This document shows, in pieces, positions 1 to 11,047 of a stretch of DNA of 64,000 bases; the first letter of the stretch is position 1; every line of letters begins with the position of its first letter. The notes beneath the pieces were generated by a model. The model worked only from the letters and a program-made list of their open reading frames with translations, was not told where the DNA came from and searched no databases. Origin of the DNA: Octopus sinensis (Eukaryota); contig NC_043019.1 of assembly GCF_006345805.1 (NCBI RefSeq), positions 18,475,360 through 18,539,359 of the forward strand, read 5' to 3'. A program made the translations under genes and the position numbers.

Positions 1-2
1 GT

Positions 3-1358
3 TTTCCCTCGTTCTTCCAACTCTTTTTCTGGGCCTCGTGGGGGAGTCTGACGTAGGCCCTCGAATATATGTGGAGATGTCACCTCCAATCTAAGTGGGC
101 CTACGTCGTGGAAGAATTCGGATTTTATCCGCCTGTAATCCTTCCGGCCTATTCTGTAGATCACAAAGTCATTTTTCTTTTCCACTTTCTCCACCTTGGC
201 CATAGCAGCCAACATGTTTCCTAGTCTGCTATTCGCTGCCTTTACGGCCATATATGAGTCCATTGTCTCTCTCTTCTTTTTTAAAATTATTCTGGGAGGG
301 GTGGTATCCGTTTTTCTTTTTTTTTTTTCGGTAATTTTTTTCCACCCCTCCTCATTTATCTTTTCCTCGCTCTTGTTCTCCTCCGCCGCTGGTTCTGCTG
401 TCACCGTCACCTCCACACCTTCGGTCTTCCCTTCTGGGCCGTCCGACGTTGCTTCTGGTGACACTTCTTTTTCTCTTGGCTTCGGTGCTTCCTGCAGTTT
501 GGGTTGGGGTTGGCATTCCGCCCTTACATGACCCTTCTTGCCGCAGCCGAAGCACCTCGGCCTCCTGCCCTCCACGAAAACAGTTATTTTTTCCTCTTCG
601 CTAATTTTTACTGTTTCTGGAATTTCTTCCAGTGTTTGTGTCTCCGCCTGAATGGCTATCACTATCTTTTGTCCTTTCCAGAACTCCTCTTCTTCCACTG
701 TGGCCTGGAGGATGTTTATTTTTTCCTCCAGGCCTACCATCACTGCTGCCACTAGACATTCTGCATCTGCCTCTGGGGGAATGTTGTTCATTGTGATTTT
801 TGATGTCCGCTTTCCTCTATATAATGGTAATAGAACGATGTTTTCTGCTTTGAAAGTCTCCATTGATAGTTTTTTCGCTATCTCTTCAGAGGTAAAACGC
901 ACCTCCACTGTGCCGTATTTTTTACCTCTGTTTATATATGTTATTTTGTCCATTATTGGTTTCAAACATAACTCTATTTTTTTCTCCTCGATTTTCTGAA
1001 TCATTCTTGTAGCTGTGTTGTACGTTATGTAAATAATTCTTTTCCTCTCTATATCTTCATGTTTCTGTACGTCTGCGACCACAGTTACTTCCGTGCCCTC
1101 TTTCTTTACACTGTCTGCGAATTTTTCTAGATTTTCAATGTTTATTGTTTTAATTTTTTTCCCAGCTACTTCAGCGAATTTTTTTGCTGGAGTTGATGCT
1201 GGTATTGATTTTTCTATTTTTTGGGGCGACGCCGCCTCCTTTTTCTTTGGCGATAACGCCTCTTTTTTTCTTGGCGACAACGCCTCTTTTTTTCCTGATG
1301 TCAACGCCGGGTATTCGTCCTCGCACGTCACGGGCGAATAGGAGATGGGGGACTCCAT
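3..1358 (-). CDS. LINE ORF1/gag-like protein, RRM-like + CCHC zinc knuckle (array unit C); open to the window edge, >=452 aa
   Basis: Absent from the ORF track because no stop lies in the window. Hand translation from ATG 1358: MESPISYSPVTCEDEYPALTSGKKEALSPRKKEALSPKKKE...FAEVAGKK...ITYINRGKKYGTVEVRFTSEE...VFVEGRRPRCFGCGKKGHVRAEC (CX2CX4HX4C), then a Glu/Lys-rich linker and a distinct C-terminus. Plus-strand ORFs 196..531, 652..999 and 1093..1341 are its antisense shadows. Confidence 0.85.
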   Translation of the reverse strand, partial: MESPISYSPVTCEDEYPALTSGKKEALSPRKKEALSPKKKEAASPQKIEKSIPASTPAKKFAEVAGKKIKTINIENLEKFADSVKKEGTEVTVVADVQKHEDIERKRIIYITYNTATRMIQKIEEKKIELCLKPIMDKITYINRGKKYGTVEVRFTSEEIAKKLSMETFKAENIVLLPLYRGKRTSKITMNNIPPEADAECLVAAVMVGLEEKINILQATVEEEEFWKGQKIVIAIQAETQTLEEIPETVKISEEEKITVFVEGRRPRCFGCGKKGHVRAECQPQPKLQEAPKPREKEVSPEATSDGPEGKTEGVEVTVTAEPAAEENKSEEKINEEGWKKITEKKKRKTDTTPPRIILKKKRETMDSYMAVKAANSRLGNMLAAMAKVEKVEKKNDFVIYRIGRKDYRRIKSEFFHDVGPLRLEVTSPHIFEGLRQTPPRGPEKELEERGK

Positions 1359-1568
1359 CTTAAACAAATGGCTTTAACAAGCCTTTGGAGATTCCAAAAT
1401 AATTGTAGTTTTCCCCCACGGAGGGGGGAACACCAACGCGAAGTCCTCGCGCGAAGGCTGACTTCTTCAGTTAAATAACAGTAAACAAACAGGTATACAG
1501 ACAATATAGAAAAACAGAGATAATACTATGAGAGCAAAATATATAACTTACTAACAGACGCAAAAATT

Positions 1569-1606
1569 GATTTCAGACATGTGATTTTATTACTACCCAC
1601 AAGGGG
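1569..1606 (-). promoter_or_regulatory. Conserved junction motif with AATAAA (3' end of unit B)
   Basis: Minus strand CCCCTTGTGGGTAGTAATAAAATCACATGTCTGAAATC; matches 3294-3331. Confidence 0.6.
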
Positions 1607-1821
1607 CGAACATAGATGGGACAATACAATCGGGGAACTTAAAATAAGAAAGCGAATGACAAGAAAAGGAAAAAATAAAAATAAAAATGACATATGAAAG
1701 AATATTTACAATGAGGTGTAAATGTCCACTCGATCCCCGGAATCAAGAGGTTACATTTTCGTCACATATATTTCACAAAATTTTCTTTTTTCTCTTTTTT
1801 TTTTTTTTTCCTCTCACAATT

Positions 1822-3170
1822 CTATACATATTCTATAATTGTTTCCACTTCTCTGAAGTCTATTACTGAGCCCTCAGGCAGCCGCTCTTTCACTCGAACC
1901 TTTGTGTAAAATATTACACTCTCTCCGGCAGCTCTGAGGAACTCAGCGGCTCTTTCTTCGGGGATTAGAGCAGTCTCCTGCCACCGGTCGGTCATCCTGT
2001 TGACCCATATATGTCCCTCCGTTTTACATGTCAAGTCTTTCATTTCAGGGCAGAAATGGAAGGTTACTAACTTGTAGTAATAGTAATCTTGTTTCCGTCC
2101 TACGTTTTCCTTCATTTTCCTTTTCGGGCTTATTTCTTCCTTGTTCTCCTCTCTTTGTTTCTCTCTTTCTGCCTTCTTTTCTGTCTCCTTCCTTCTCTTG
2201 TCTTTTTGGTTCTTTGTCTGTTCTCTCTTTCTCTCGTGTTTTATGTTCCTTTTCTTTTTCCTTTTCTTTTCGTTTGATTCTGATCCCTCTCTTGTTTTTT
2301 TTCCTATTGTTTCTTTTTCCTTTTTTTTTTCCTGACTCTCTTTTGGTTCTATTTCTTTTTCCTTCATTGACTTATTATTTCCTTTCTCTTATTGTTTTGT
2401 TTCCTTTTCTATGTTTTCTTTCTCATTTACAGTATTCTTCTTTTCTTCAAGTTCCTGCTCGCACTCCGCTACGAATTCGTATAACGGGCACTCTTTTTTA
2501 ATGTGCCCCTTTGTCCCACACAAGTAACAGTTTGGTTTTCTCCCCTCTACAATTACGCTGAGGGTTTTTTCCTCTTCAATTTCAATTCTGTATGGAAATC
2601 TTTCAGTATCCTCTTTTGTGGCCATCAACCACAATTCTACCCCATATCCTCTCCAGTTTACCGCGTTGGACTCTTTAATAGATTCCACCTCCACTTCCTC
2701 TTCTGTTGCTCCTAGAATAGCTGTTGCCAGCCATTCTGTTTTCACTTCTGGGGGTATATTCGGGATTTTAACCCGGACCCCTCTTCTTCCCTTGTATGAG
2801 GGCCACATTGTGAATTTTTCGGCTCTTAGTACGGTGGTAGCCAGTGAGGCCGCAATTTCCTCCGTTGCACATCTCACCTCCACCGTACCAAATTTCTTGC
2901 CTCTACTCACATAGGTTATTTTCCCCATTATGTCTCCCAGACATTTTTCAATTTCGTCTATCTCCACTCTTGCTAGTTTCTTCGTATTTTTGTCTTGGGT
3001 TCTGTATGTCACCGTCTTGCTTTCTTTATCCTCTTTTGCTTTCGCGGGGGGGGGGGGATTAGCTTCACGCTATCACCCTCCCTTTTGAGTTTCTCCTTCT
3101 CAAAGGAAACCTCCTTTATGATTATCGACGAATCGTTATTTTTCCCGGTGACCCCCGCGTAAGTCGCCAT
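1822..3170 (-). pseudogene. ORF1/gag-like RRM + CCHC protein (array unit B), interrupted
   Basis: ATG 3170 (MATYAGVTGK...), frameshift in the G-run at ~3045-3057, then ORF 2389..3012 (ITYVSRGKKFGTVEVRC...VIVEGRKPNCYLCGTKGHIKKEC). A single in-frame TAA at 2389-2391 is followed in the same frame by ORF 1822..2367 (K/E-rich linker + unique C-terminal domain). Confidence 0.8.
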
Positions 3171-3293
3171 GACTAGAGGGTCAATTCACCTTCTTTGGAA
3201 GGTTTCCACACGTGGAGGCAAACGCCTCGCGCGATATCAAATCAATTTACACAGAAAAATTTCACTGTCTAGTCACAGATAACAACACACATA

Positions 3294-3331
3294 GATTTCG
3301 GACATGTTATTTCTTTATTACCCACCAGGGG
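3294..3331 (-). promoter_or_regulatory. Conserved junction motif with AATAAA (3' end of unit A)
   Basis: Minus strand CCCCTGGTGGGTAATAAAGAAATAACATGTCCGAAATC; matches 1569-1606 while the flanks are unrelated. Confidence 0.6.
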
Positions 3332-3454
3332 CTACGAAGAATGCCGGACATAACAAAACATGGGGGACATAGAACAATATGATTAAATTTATGAGCAAAT
3401 GAAAATGAAAAAATGATAATATGAAAGCGATGCTAACGGCCCCCTCCGCCAGCA

Positions 3455-3724
3455 TCACTTACCTGTCCTTTTGTTTTCACTGTCACCTGAATGTTCATTC
3501 CCAATACGAAGACCATCCATATCCATTCTTACTCCGAAACTGTCCTCCATATATTCCACGAATTCATCGCTCATTCTTGTATCTTTCACCTCCCAATTCT
3601 CTCTTTCACACCTCAACACAAACTCATCTATATTCTTCTTTTCCAGCACTGCATATCTGGTCCCATCCATTTCATACCATTCATACTTCTCCATTACCCT
3701 TTCAACCTCTTTCTGTTCAGTCAC
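3455..3724 (-). CDS. Probable frameshifted C-terminal domain of unit A
   Basis: 89-aa acidic ORF. Its frame appears open upstream (…PTPPAPSESHP…RKQKKNINTDRQEFENEPRPNIYIVTEQKE) to ~3890, so one frameshift would join it to unit A and match the layout of B and C. Confidence 0.5.
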   Translation of the reverse strand: MTEQKEVERVMEKYEWYEMDGTRYAVLEKKNIDEFVLRCERENWEVKDTRMSDEFVEYMEDSFGVRMDMDGLRIGNEHSGDSENKRTGK

Positions 3725-3845
3725 AATATAAATGTTCGGCCTGGGTTCGTTTTCAAACTCTTGTCTGTCTGTATTAATATTTTTCTTTTGTTTTCTTGTT
3801 GGAGGGGAGCGGGTGGGTTCAATGTCTGCAGGGGAAGGGTGGGAT

Positions 3846-4820
3846 TCAGAGGGTGCGGGTGGTGTTGGGGTGGGTTGGGGCTTCGCACAGCTTCTCTTTT
3901 TCTTTCTTTTTCTCTTTTTTTCTTCCTTCTTCCCACTCTTGTTGCATCTCCTCTTCTTCTGTCGTTTCTTTTTCCCTTTGGTTCTCTTTGGTTTCTTCCT
4001 CTTTTGGGGCTTCCGCGACGATTTCCTTTTCTTTTTCCTTTGGTGGGAGAGGGCAGTAGGCTCTTATGTGACCCCTCAGGCCACACTTGTAGCACCTGGG
4101 CGCCCTACCCTCCACCCACACTCTCATAATAATATTTCCAGTTTTTATACTGTCCGTAAGCTTTTCTATAACTTCCGCCTCCGTCTGTATGTTCATTACT
4201 AGTGTGGCACCTCTCACACCTTCATATTTCATAATGGCGTGGAGGATGTCCACTTTATCTTCATTTCCTTTGATAACCGCAGCCGTTATTAATTCGCCCT
4301 CTAGGTGTGGCGGTATTCCTTCCACCCTAATTCTGGTGGTCCTTCTATTCAAATACGAGGGGAATAAGTAAAACTTTTCTGTACTCACCACCTTGGCTGC
4401 TATATTCCTGGCTGCTTTCTCACTTTTAAATTGTACCGTTATGGTTCCATATTCTAATCCTTTTGTCATGTACACAATTTCTTCTCCTGTCTGTTTGAAA
4501 GCCTCTTCAATTGCTTCCATGTTAATCACTTCCATTTTTCTACCTCCATTCATAAATACTTTATATTTAATGGTTCTACGATGGAACCAGTCTCCGCGCC
4601 CTGCTAGAGGCAACAGCTCAACCTCTCCGTTCTCCTCCTCCTTCATGAACTCCTGGAAGTCCGTCAACTTAGCCAGGTCTATCTCTTTTTCTGTTGACTT
4701 CTTCGTTATACCTGCGTAGGTGCTTTCCATTTTTTTCACCGCCAACTCCTCCTCCGATGTCGACGAATTTTCAGAGAAATTTCTCCCTTCCATCTCATCC
4801 GTTTGGTAGAGGCGGCTCAT
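3846..4820 (-). CDS. ORF1/gag-like RRM + CCHC protein (array unit A)
   Basis: ORF 3846..4931, likely start at ATG 4820. Motifs MESTYAGITKK, IVYMTKGLEYGTITVQFKSE and VWVEGRAPRCYKCGLRGHIRAYC align by eye with units B and C. Confidence 0.85.
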   Translation of the reverse strand: MSRLYQTDEMEGRNFSENSSTSEEELAVKKMESTYAGITKKSTEKEIDLAKLTDFQEFMKEEENGEVELLPLAGRGDWFHRRTIKYKVFMNGGRKMEVINMEAIEEAFKQTGEEIVYMTKGLEYGTITVQFKSEKAARNIAAKVVSTEKFYLFPSYLNRRTTRIRVEGIPPHLEGELITAAVIKGNEDKVDILHAIMKYEGVRGATLVMNIQTEAEVIEKLTDSIKTGNIIMRVWVEGRAPRCYKCGLRGHIRAYCPLPPKEKEKEIVAEAPKEEETKENQREKETTEEEEMQQEWEEGRKKEKKKEKEKLCEAPTHPNTTRTL

Positions 4821-5399
4821 AGTCGCCTCAGACCGAAAAACGGCCTCCCGAACAGAAAACGTGCGGCGCACAGAACCAGTGCGACGCGAAACCGCACCAA
4901 CCGACGTTCCAATTCCGCAACCACAATTCACTTTTTGTTCTTTTTTCTTTTTTAACCGAATTTTACAGAGCGCAAAGAAAACGCGACCTTTTTTCTCTAC
5001 ATTGTATACTTTATAGACAATAGTCTTTTCTTTAATTTAATTTTTTATTATCCATTTGGACTATTCCATTTCTGCACGCTAATTTTATTTTTATTTTATT
5101 CCCATTCATGTGAAACCACTTATTCAAGTTCAAGTCATTGATGCAATTTTATACCAATTACTATTTTTACTTTTGTTATGTTACAATTATATGATACTTT
5201 AGTTTGATTTTAATTATTACTTACTACATATAATTCAATTGTTATTATTATTTTTATTGTTAAAGTGAAAGTATCTGACATAAAATAGAGAAATGTTTTT
5301 GTTTCACTTTTAACACGTAATACTGAAATAGTGGAGAAGATATGATATTGCTAAGCGATCACTCTAGGCAAGAAGTTGAACATTTTTTTGCCTATGAAA

Positions 5400-5527
5400 C
5401 TACATGGACCCTAAGTAAGACATGTGTAAAATTTGAATGAAATTGGTTGTGTAGTTCTCAAGTTTTAGGGAAACACACAGACAGACAGACAGACACACAC
5501 ATTCTCAGTTTTATATATATAAAGATA
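5400..5527 (-). mobile_element. Helitron-type non-autonomous element 5' end
   Basis: Minus strand A|TCTTTATATATATAAAACTGAGAATG + (CAGA)n. Same terminus style as 38340-38367; similar ends at ~28800-28937 and ~33860-33926. Confidence 0.45.
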
Positions 5528-5820
5528 TGGCATGTAAAAAGCACCATCCGAATGTGGCTGATGCCAGCACCGCCCTGACTGGCTTCTGTGCCAGTGGCAC
5601 GTAAAAAGCACTAACCGATTGTGGCCGCTGCCAGCCTGCCCTGGACCATAAAAAGCACCCGCTACACTCACAAAGTGGTTGGCGTTAGGAAGGGCATCAT
5701 GCTGCAGAAACACTGCCAGATCAGACTGGAGCCTGTTGCAGATTCCTGGCTTCATAGACCCCAGTCGGACCATCCAAGCTGTACTAGCATGGAAAACGGA
5801 CATTAAACGATGATGTTGAT
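5528..5820 (+). mobile_element. RTE-LINE 3' tail (SINE-like copy)
   Basis: GTAAAAAGCACC subrepeats, GGTTGGCGTTAGGAAGGGCATC core and (GAT)n tail, identical in structure to the 3'UTR of the RTE copies. Confidence 0.75.
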
Positions 5821-5885
5821 ATGTATATATATATTTACACACACAAACACACGCATATATATATATATCTTTGGCTAGATATAAA

Positions 5886-6290
5886 TATCATCATCATTGT
5901 TTAATGTCTGCTTTCCATGCTGGCATGGGCTGGATGATTTGACTGAGGTCTGGCGAACCAGATTCCAGTCTGATCTGGCAGAGTTTCTGCAGTTGGATGC
6001 CCGTGGGTGGTTTTATGTGCCACCAGCATGAGGGCCAGTCAGGCAGTATCGGCAATAGCCATGCTCAAATGGTGCTTTTTATGTACCAGCGGCACTGGCA
6101 ATGACCTCGCTCGAATGTTTTGTTCACATGCCACCAGCACAAGTGCTAGTAAGGGAACGCAGGTAATGATCACGCCGAACGGTGTCTTTTATGTGCCACC
6201 AGCACGGATGCTAGCTTGTTGCTCTGGCAACGATCATGCTCATATGGTACTCTTAGCGCTCCACTAGCATTCATGCCAGTCATCGATTTT
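5886..6290 (-). mobile_element. RTE-LINE 3' tail, tail-to-tail with the previous copy
   Basis: (TCA)n tail followed by tttaatgtctgctttccatgctggcatggg and ggtgcttttatgtgccacc subrepeats. Confidence 0.65.
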
Positions 6291-6454
6291 GATTTTAAGG
6301 CTATATATATAAATATATATATATATACACACACATGTTTCGTGAGGTCCTGTGCCTACATATACATGAATATATATATATATATAGGTATAGATGTAAG
6401 TATGTACATATACATATGTTTATATGCATCCCCTTCACTTTTTGAATTTCCGGG

Positions 6455-6530
6455 TTACTGAGCGTCGTCGTCGCGACTTAGGGTCCGTGGTGGAATCAAA
6501 GGGCTAAAATTCTGAGTGGTGGCGTAACAA
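6455..6530. mobile_element. LTR-end-like fragment related to 61290-61349
   Basis: actgagcgtcgtcgtcgcgacttagggtcc...ggcgtaaca resembles actgagagtagtcgtcgtcgccgacttaaggtcc...ggcgtaaca. Confidence 0.4.
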
Positions 6531-6567
6531 CATATATGCATATCTCTCTCTCTCTCTCCCTCTCTCA

Positions 6568-6669
<102 letters not shown>

Positions 6670-6697
6670 GCATGTATATATATATATATATATACAT

Positions 6698-7351
6698 ATA
6701 CTACAAAATTAGAGAATGGAGAAATATACTTAAATCAGTAAAACATCAACTATCCGATGATACTCAATCCATACTTTAATACACCATTACATATGAGTAA
6801 AGGCAATACATAAAATGAAATGAGATATACAGTAATAGTAAAAAGATAAAGAGATATAAGTAAAAAATTTTCAAATATAATATGCAAATAAATCAAAACT
6901 GACAGCTGTTTCGGCAGTGAGGACAGTCATACCTCATTTAACCTATAAGCCATAAAGGCAGGTATAAATGAGGCATTAACAAGGATGTCCCACGGCCTCT
7001 TCAGAGAATTAAATTAATTTGTTATAATAGTGAAAAATATTATACAATCATATACATATAAATATAAAAATATAAAAATGTAAAATATAAAAACTTATAC
7101 ATCATAAAGCTACACTTATATAATATAATACACATTTGTACAAAAAAGGAAGGTAAACAGAACAAAATAAAACAAAATATATAATAGTGTATATATTAAT
7201 ATCAATAAGTACCGATATTATACATATTTGGCTAATAGTTTTTTTTATATATATAAAAAAAAGGCTAACATATATGGAGATGAAAAATAATAATTAAATC
7301 CGTGGTACAGTTCATAAGATTCTAAAGCTATAAAAGTTAATACAAATTACT

Positions 7352-7407
<56 letters not shown>

Positions 7408-7520
7408 TATAATAAAAAATAGATACAGTTAAGTTAGCACCAAGTCCATCCTTACAAGATCGAAATAACTATGAGTTAAGAAATGCTGACCACTAGGTAA
7501 AGAAAATATAGATTAATTCG
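6698..7520 (-). repeat. Left arm of ~820-bp inverted repeat
   Basis: Near-identical reverse complement of 10861-11702; differs mainly in (ATT)n length and a few substitutions. Confidence 0.93.
6895..7010 (-). ncRNA. Type I hammerhead ribozyme, inverted copy
   Basis: gacagctgtttcggcagtgaggaca...cccacggcctcttcagag is the reverse complement of the 11391-11505 motif. Confidence 0.72.
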
Positions 7521-9268
7521 TCCCTGAATTAAAAGGTGGATTATACAGGGATGACGCCTTATTTTGTGTTAGGAATACATCAAATAGGAGATTAGATCTT
7601 CTGAAAAAAAGAATAAATAAATTTTTTAAAAGCTTCGGCCTATCCATTATCATTGAAAGTGAAAATTATTCTGCTAATTATTTAGATGTTAATTGTAATA
7701 TTACTAATGGTTTACATGAACCCTATATTAAACCTAATTCTAACCTAATATACATTAACCGTTCAAGTAATCACCCCCCTCAAATTAAAAATGCACTAGT
7801 GAGGAGCATTAGTCAGAGAATTTCTAGTTTATCCTCAAACGAGGAAATTTTTAACAAACACTGTGATAGATACAATGCAGCATTGCTTAAGGCAGGATAT
7901 AAAAGTAAGATTTGGTTTATACCTAAGGGGAACCCCCCTAATGGAGGTAGAACTATCAGGAACAACACAAATAGATTTAGGATAATCAACAATATACATA
8001 AGAATTGTAAAAATGGAATATATGATAACACCTATAATAAATGTAGAAGTGATGTTAACCTTGGAAAGGTGAACGGTAGCTCAAATAGATCTAAACATAC
8101 GGGTAATAGTAGGAATATTAATAATAATATACGAATTAAAACTTATGGTAGACATGATAATGGTAAAGTTTACTTGCGCAATAACCATGGTAATATTGAT
8201 ATAGATAAATATAACAATGACAGTGGTAAGAATAGTAATCCTATGAGTTGGTCTACGAATAGGATTTTTACAAATAACATTAATTCTATAGGCAATCCTA
8301 ATTCTGATAAGGATACTCTTTGGTTGATTATCCCATATGCAATGCAGATTAAAACAAACATAGTGAGAGCTTTGCATAATGTTATTTTTAGGCATTTTGG
8401 TAAGGATAAGAATAAATTTAGTCCTTTAATTAACAACGGTACTGTTAGAGTGGGATATAGCATTACTCATAATCTAGCCACCATTATCTCCTCTTTTAAT
8501 AACAAGAAACTGGATCACTTCTATAAGGATAGAAAATTGAATTTAGACCAGGAAAACTTGCCCCTCTTCATTAATAATAGGAATAGAAACTTTCTTGGAA
8601 CAAATGGGAACAACCTCCTTACTAATATTGAGTGCACCATACCTGTCAGAGATAATATAAATGAAATAGATCATACTACTACTACCAATACTAGTACTAG
8701 TGATAGGAATATAGCCGATAATGTGAAATTAACTCATTCGTTGATTTTGGGTTTGGATGATGATAACAATTGTAACACTTATAATGTGAATAGTAGTATA
8801 GGGGTGTTGTCCAATTTCAGATTTCCTCATTCTGTTAATCTTTGTAATTGCAGAAATAAAAATAAATGTGTATTTGGTAATCAATGCCTCAGGAAGGAGG
8901 TAGTTTACCAATGCACTGTAGATACACAATTGAGTAGTAGGGTGTATATCGGGGCAACTATGAATAGCATAAAACAAAGATGGAATTATCACAGATATAC
9001 TTTTAGGAATAAAAATAGAATGTACTCTACAGGGCTAAGTGCATACATTTGGGAGCTTAAAAATAAGAACTTAGATTTTAGATTAAACTGGAAAATACTA
9101 ACTTCAGCACCTGTGTATAATGGAAAAAATAAAAAATGCTCTCTATGTATTAATGAAATTTTCTTCATTATTAAAGCGGGTCGACAAATTATTAACAACA
9201 TTAATGAAAAAAACTTCTTTTGTATTCATAGGCTACCGTTCACCTTTCTAGATTCAAATAGAACTTAG
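7521..9268 (+). CDS. Penelope-like RT (C-terminal half) + Asn-rich linker + GIY-YIG endonuclease
   Basis: Frame is open from ~7517: ELKGGLYRDDALFCVRN...NYLDVN...YIKPNSNLIYINRSSNHPPQIK joins ORF 7799..9268 with KEVVYQC...VYIGAT...QRWNYHR and CSLCINE. Confidence 0.88.
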
Positions 9269-10860
9269 CACTTCCACTATTATTAATTTTTTAACTCCCT
9301 TCTTTAACTAAATATACCTGTGGTCTTCTATAATTTCTAAAGTATACAATTTATATATTTTATAATTTTATAATTTTTATAGCTACATTTGTATAATAAT
9401 TAATGGATGTGTCTAGTATTATTGGTTTCTTGTTTTTTGTATGTGGGTTTTTGTTTGTTTTTTAAGAGAATTGCAATATGACATAAAATAACATATTCAT
9501 TTTGGTACTTGCCTTGTAATGTGTGATTTTTGAAGTTTTCCAATATTGCATAGTATATTGCATAGTATATATATATATCTTGGGTAGATACCTAGCTCTG
9601 GATAATGTAATGATATTGTATAATATGTAATATATGAGAGCCTTTTGTGAATTTGGTGGGTTTAGGTTGAGATTATAGGTTTTTTGTATGTGTTTATTTG
9701 GAAGGTTTTTATTGTATATTTGGTCTTTTTGTACTCACCTTAATTTGTATCTTATGCTATTCACTGATAAACCTTTTTCATTTTTTTCATTTTCTCATTT
9801 ATATGCATTATGCTTTATAATTATTACCAGCCTCATATATTTAGTTTATATCTATACTCTGGATCTGTACTTTAAACTATCCTTCCATACATATTTACTT
9901 TCAACAATATAACATATATATTCACTCTATTTATTATTTTTTATTTATTTTCCATTTTATTGTAATATTATCAATTTTTGCATCTAGTCTTCTATTTATT
10001 TATTTATTTGCCTATTTAAGTGTAGATGTTTACATACATATCAAGTCATCTAATTTGCTACCTATTTATTTTTTACTTATTTACTTATACTGGGGTAGTT
10101 TTATACATACATATCTATCATTTATTTTTATTTAATTTTAATAATATATGAATACATATATACTGGTTTGTACTTATAATTATGTGTATAACCGTATTTA
10201 TTCCTTCGTATTTATTCCTTCTTATTTATTTTATCTCTTTTCATCTTACTTTATAATATAAAATTTATTTAAAATTTCTATGATGTTCTCATAAGCGTTT
10301 ACATTAATACTTCCCCTTCTATTCTTTAATGCCTAAACTGGTATATTATGGCACTATATTTATTAAGTTAATAAGTGACTTATTTATAATATTTAAATTA
10401 ATATATATTTTATATTTTATATTTTATAATTTAGCGTACTTAAAACCATAACAAACTCACGATAAATCTAACAACCGTATGTTTTACTCTGCAACAAACC
10501 GGTGTTATAAACTTTAAGTTACCCATATAATAAGTATCTGACTTAGTAATATACTGATATTTAAAAATATATTTATATCTAAATTAAATATCTTATGGAA
10601 TGCATGGATGGTTCTTCTTTTATTATTGAGGCACAATTATAATTTTGAAGGACTAAATTGTAGCATAGTTGCTTCCCTTTTTGTTTATCTATGTGCTAGT
10701 TGTTGCTTGTAATTATGTATGTGTATAAGTGTATGCATATACATATTACTATGTGTGTATGTGCGATTGATCTGTAGATGCGTGTGTGAATATTGGCGTT
10801 CCCTGACTAACCAACCGTATAATTTTCTTTTGTGATTTAAATTTCAAACCAATAGCCAAT

Positions 10861-10973
10861 CGAATTAATCTATATTTTCTTTACCTAGTGGTCAGCATTT
10901 CTTAACTCATAGTTATTTCGATCTTGTAAGGATGGACTTGGTGCTAACTTAACTGTATCTATTTTTTATTATA

Positions 10974-11047
<74 letters not shown>

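Noticed and set aside
1441-1472. CTGAAGA followed by a hairpin upstream of unit C (possible hammerhead)
   Set aside because: No GAAA/NUH half; kept only as a structured 5' motif.
196-4719. Plus-strand Phe/Ser/Leu-rich 'membrane protein' ORFs
   Set aside because: Antisense shadows of the Lys/Glu-rich minus-strand ORF1-like genes.
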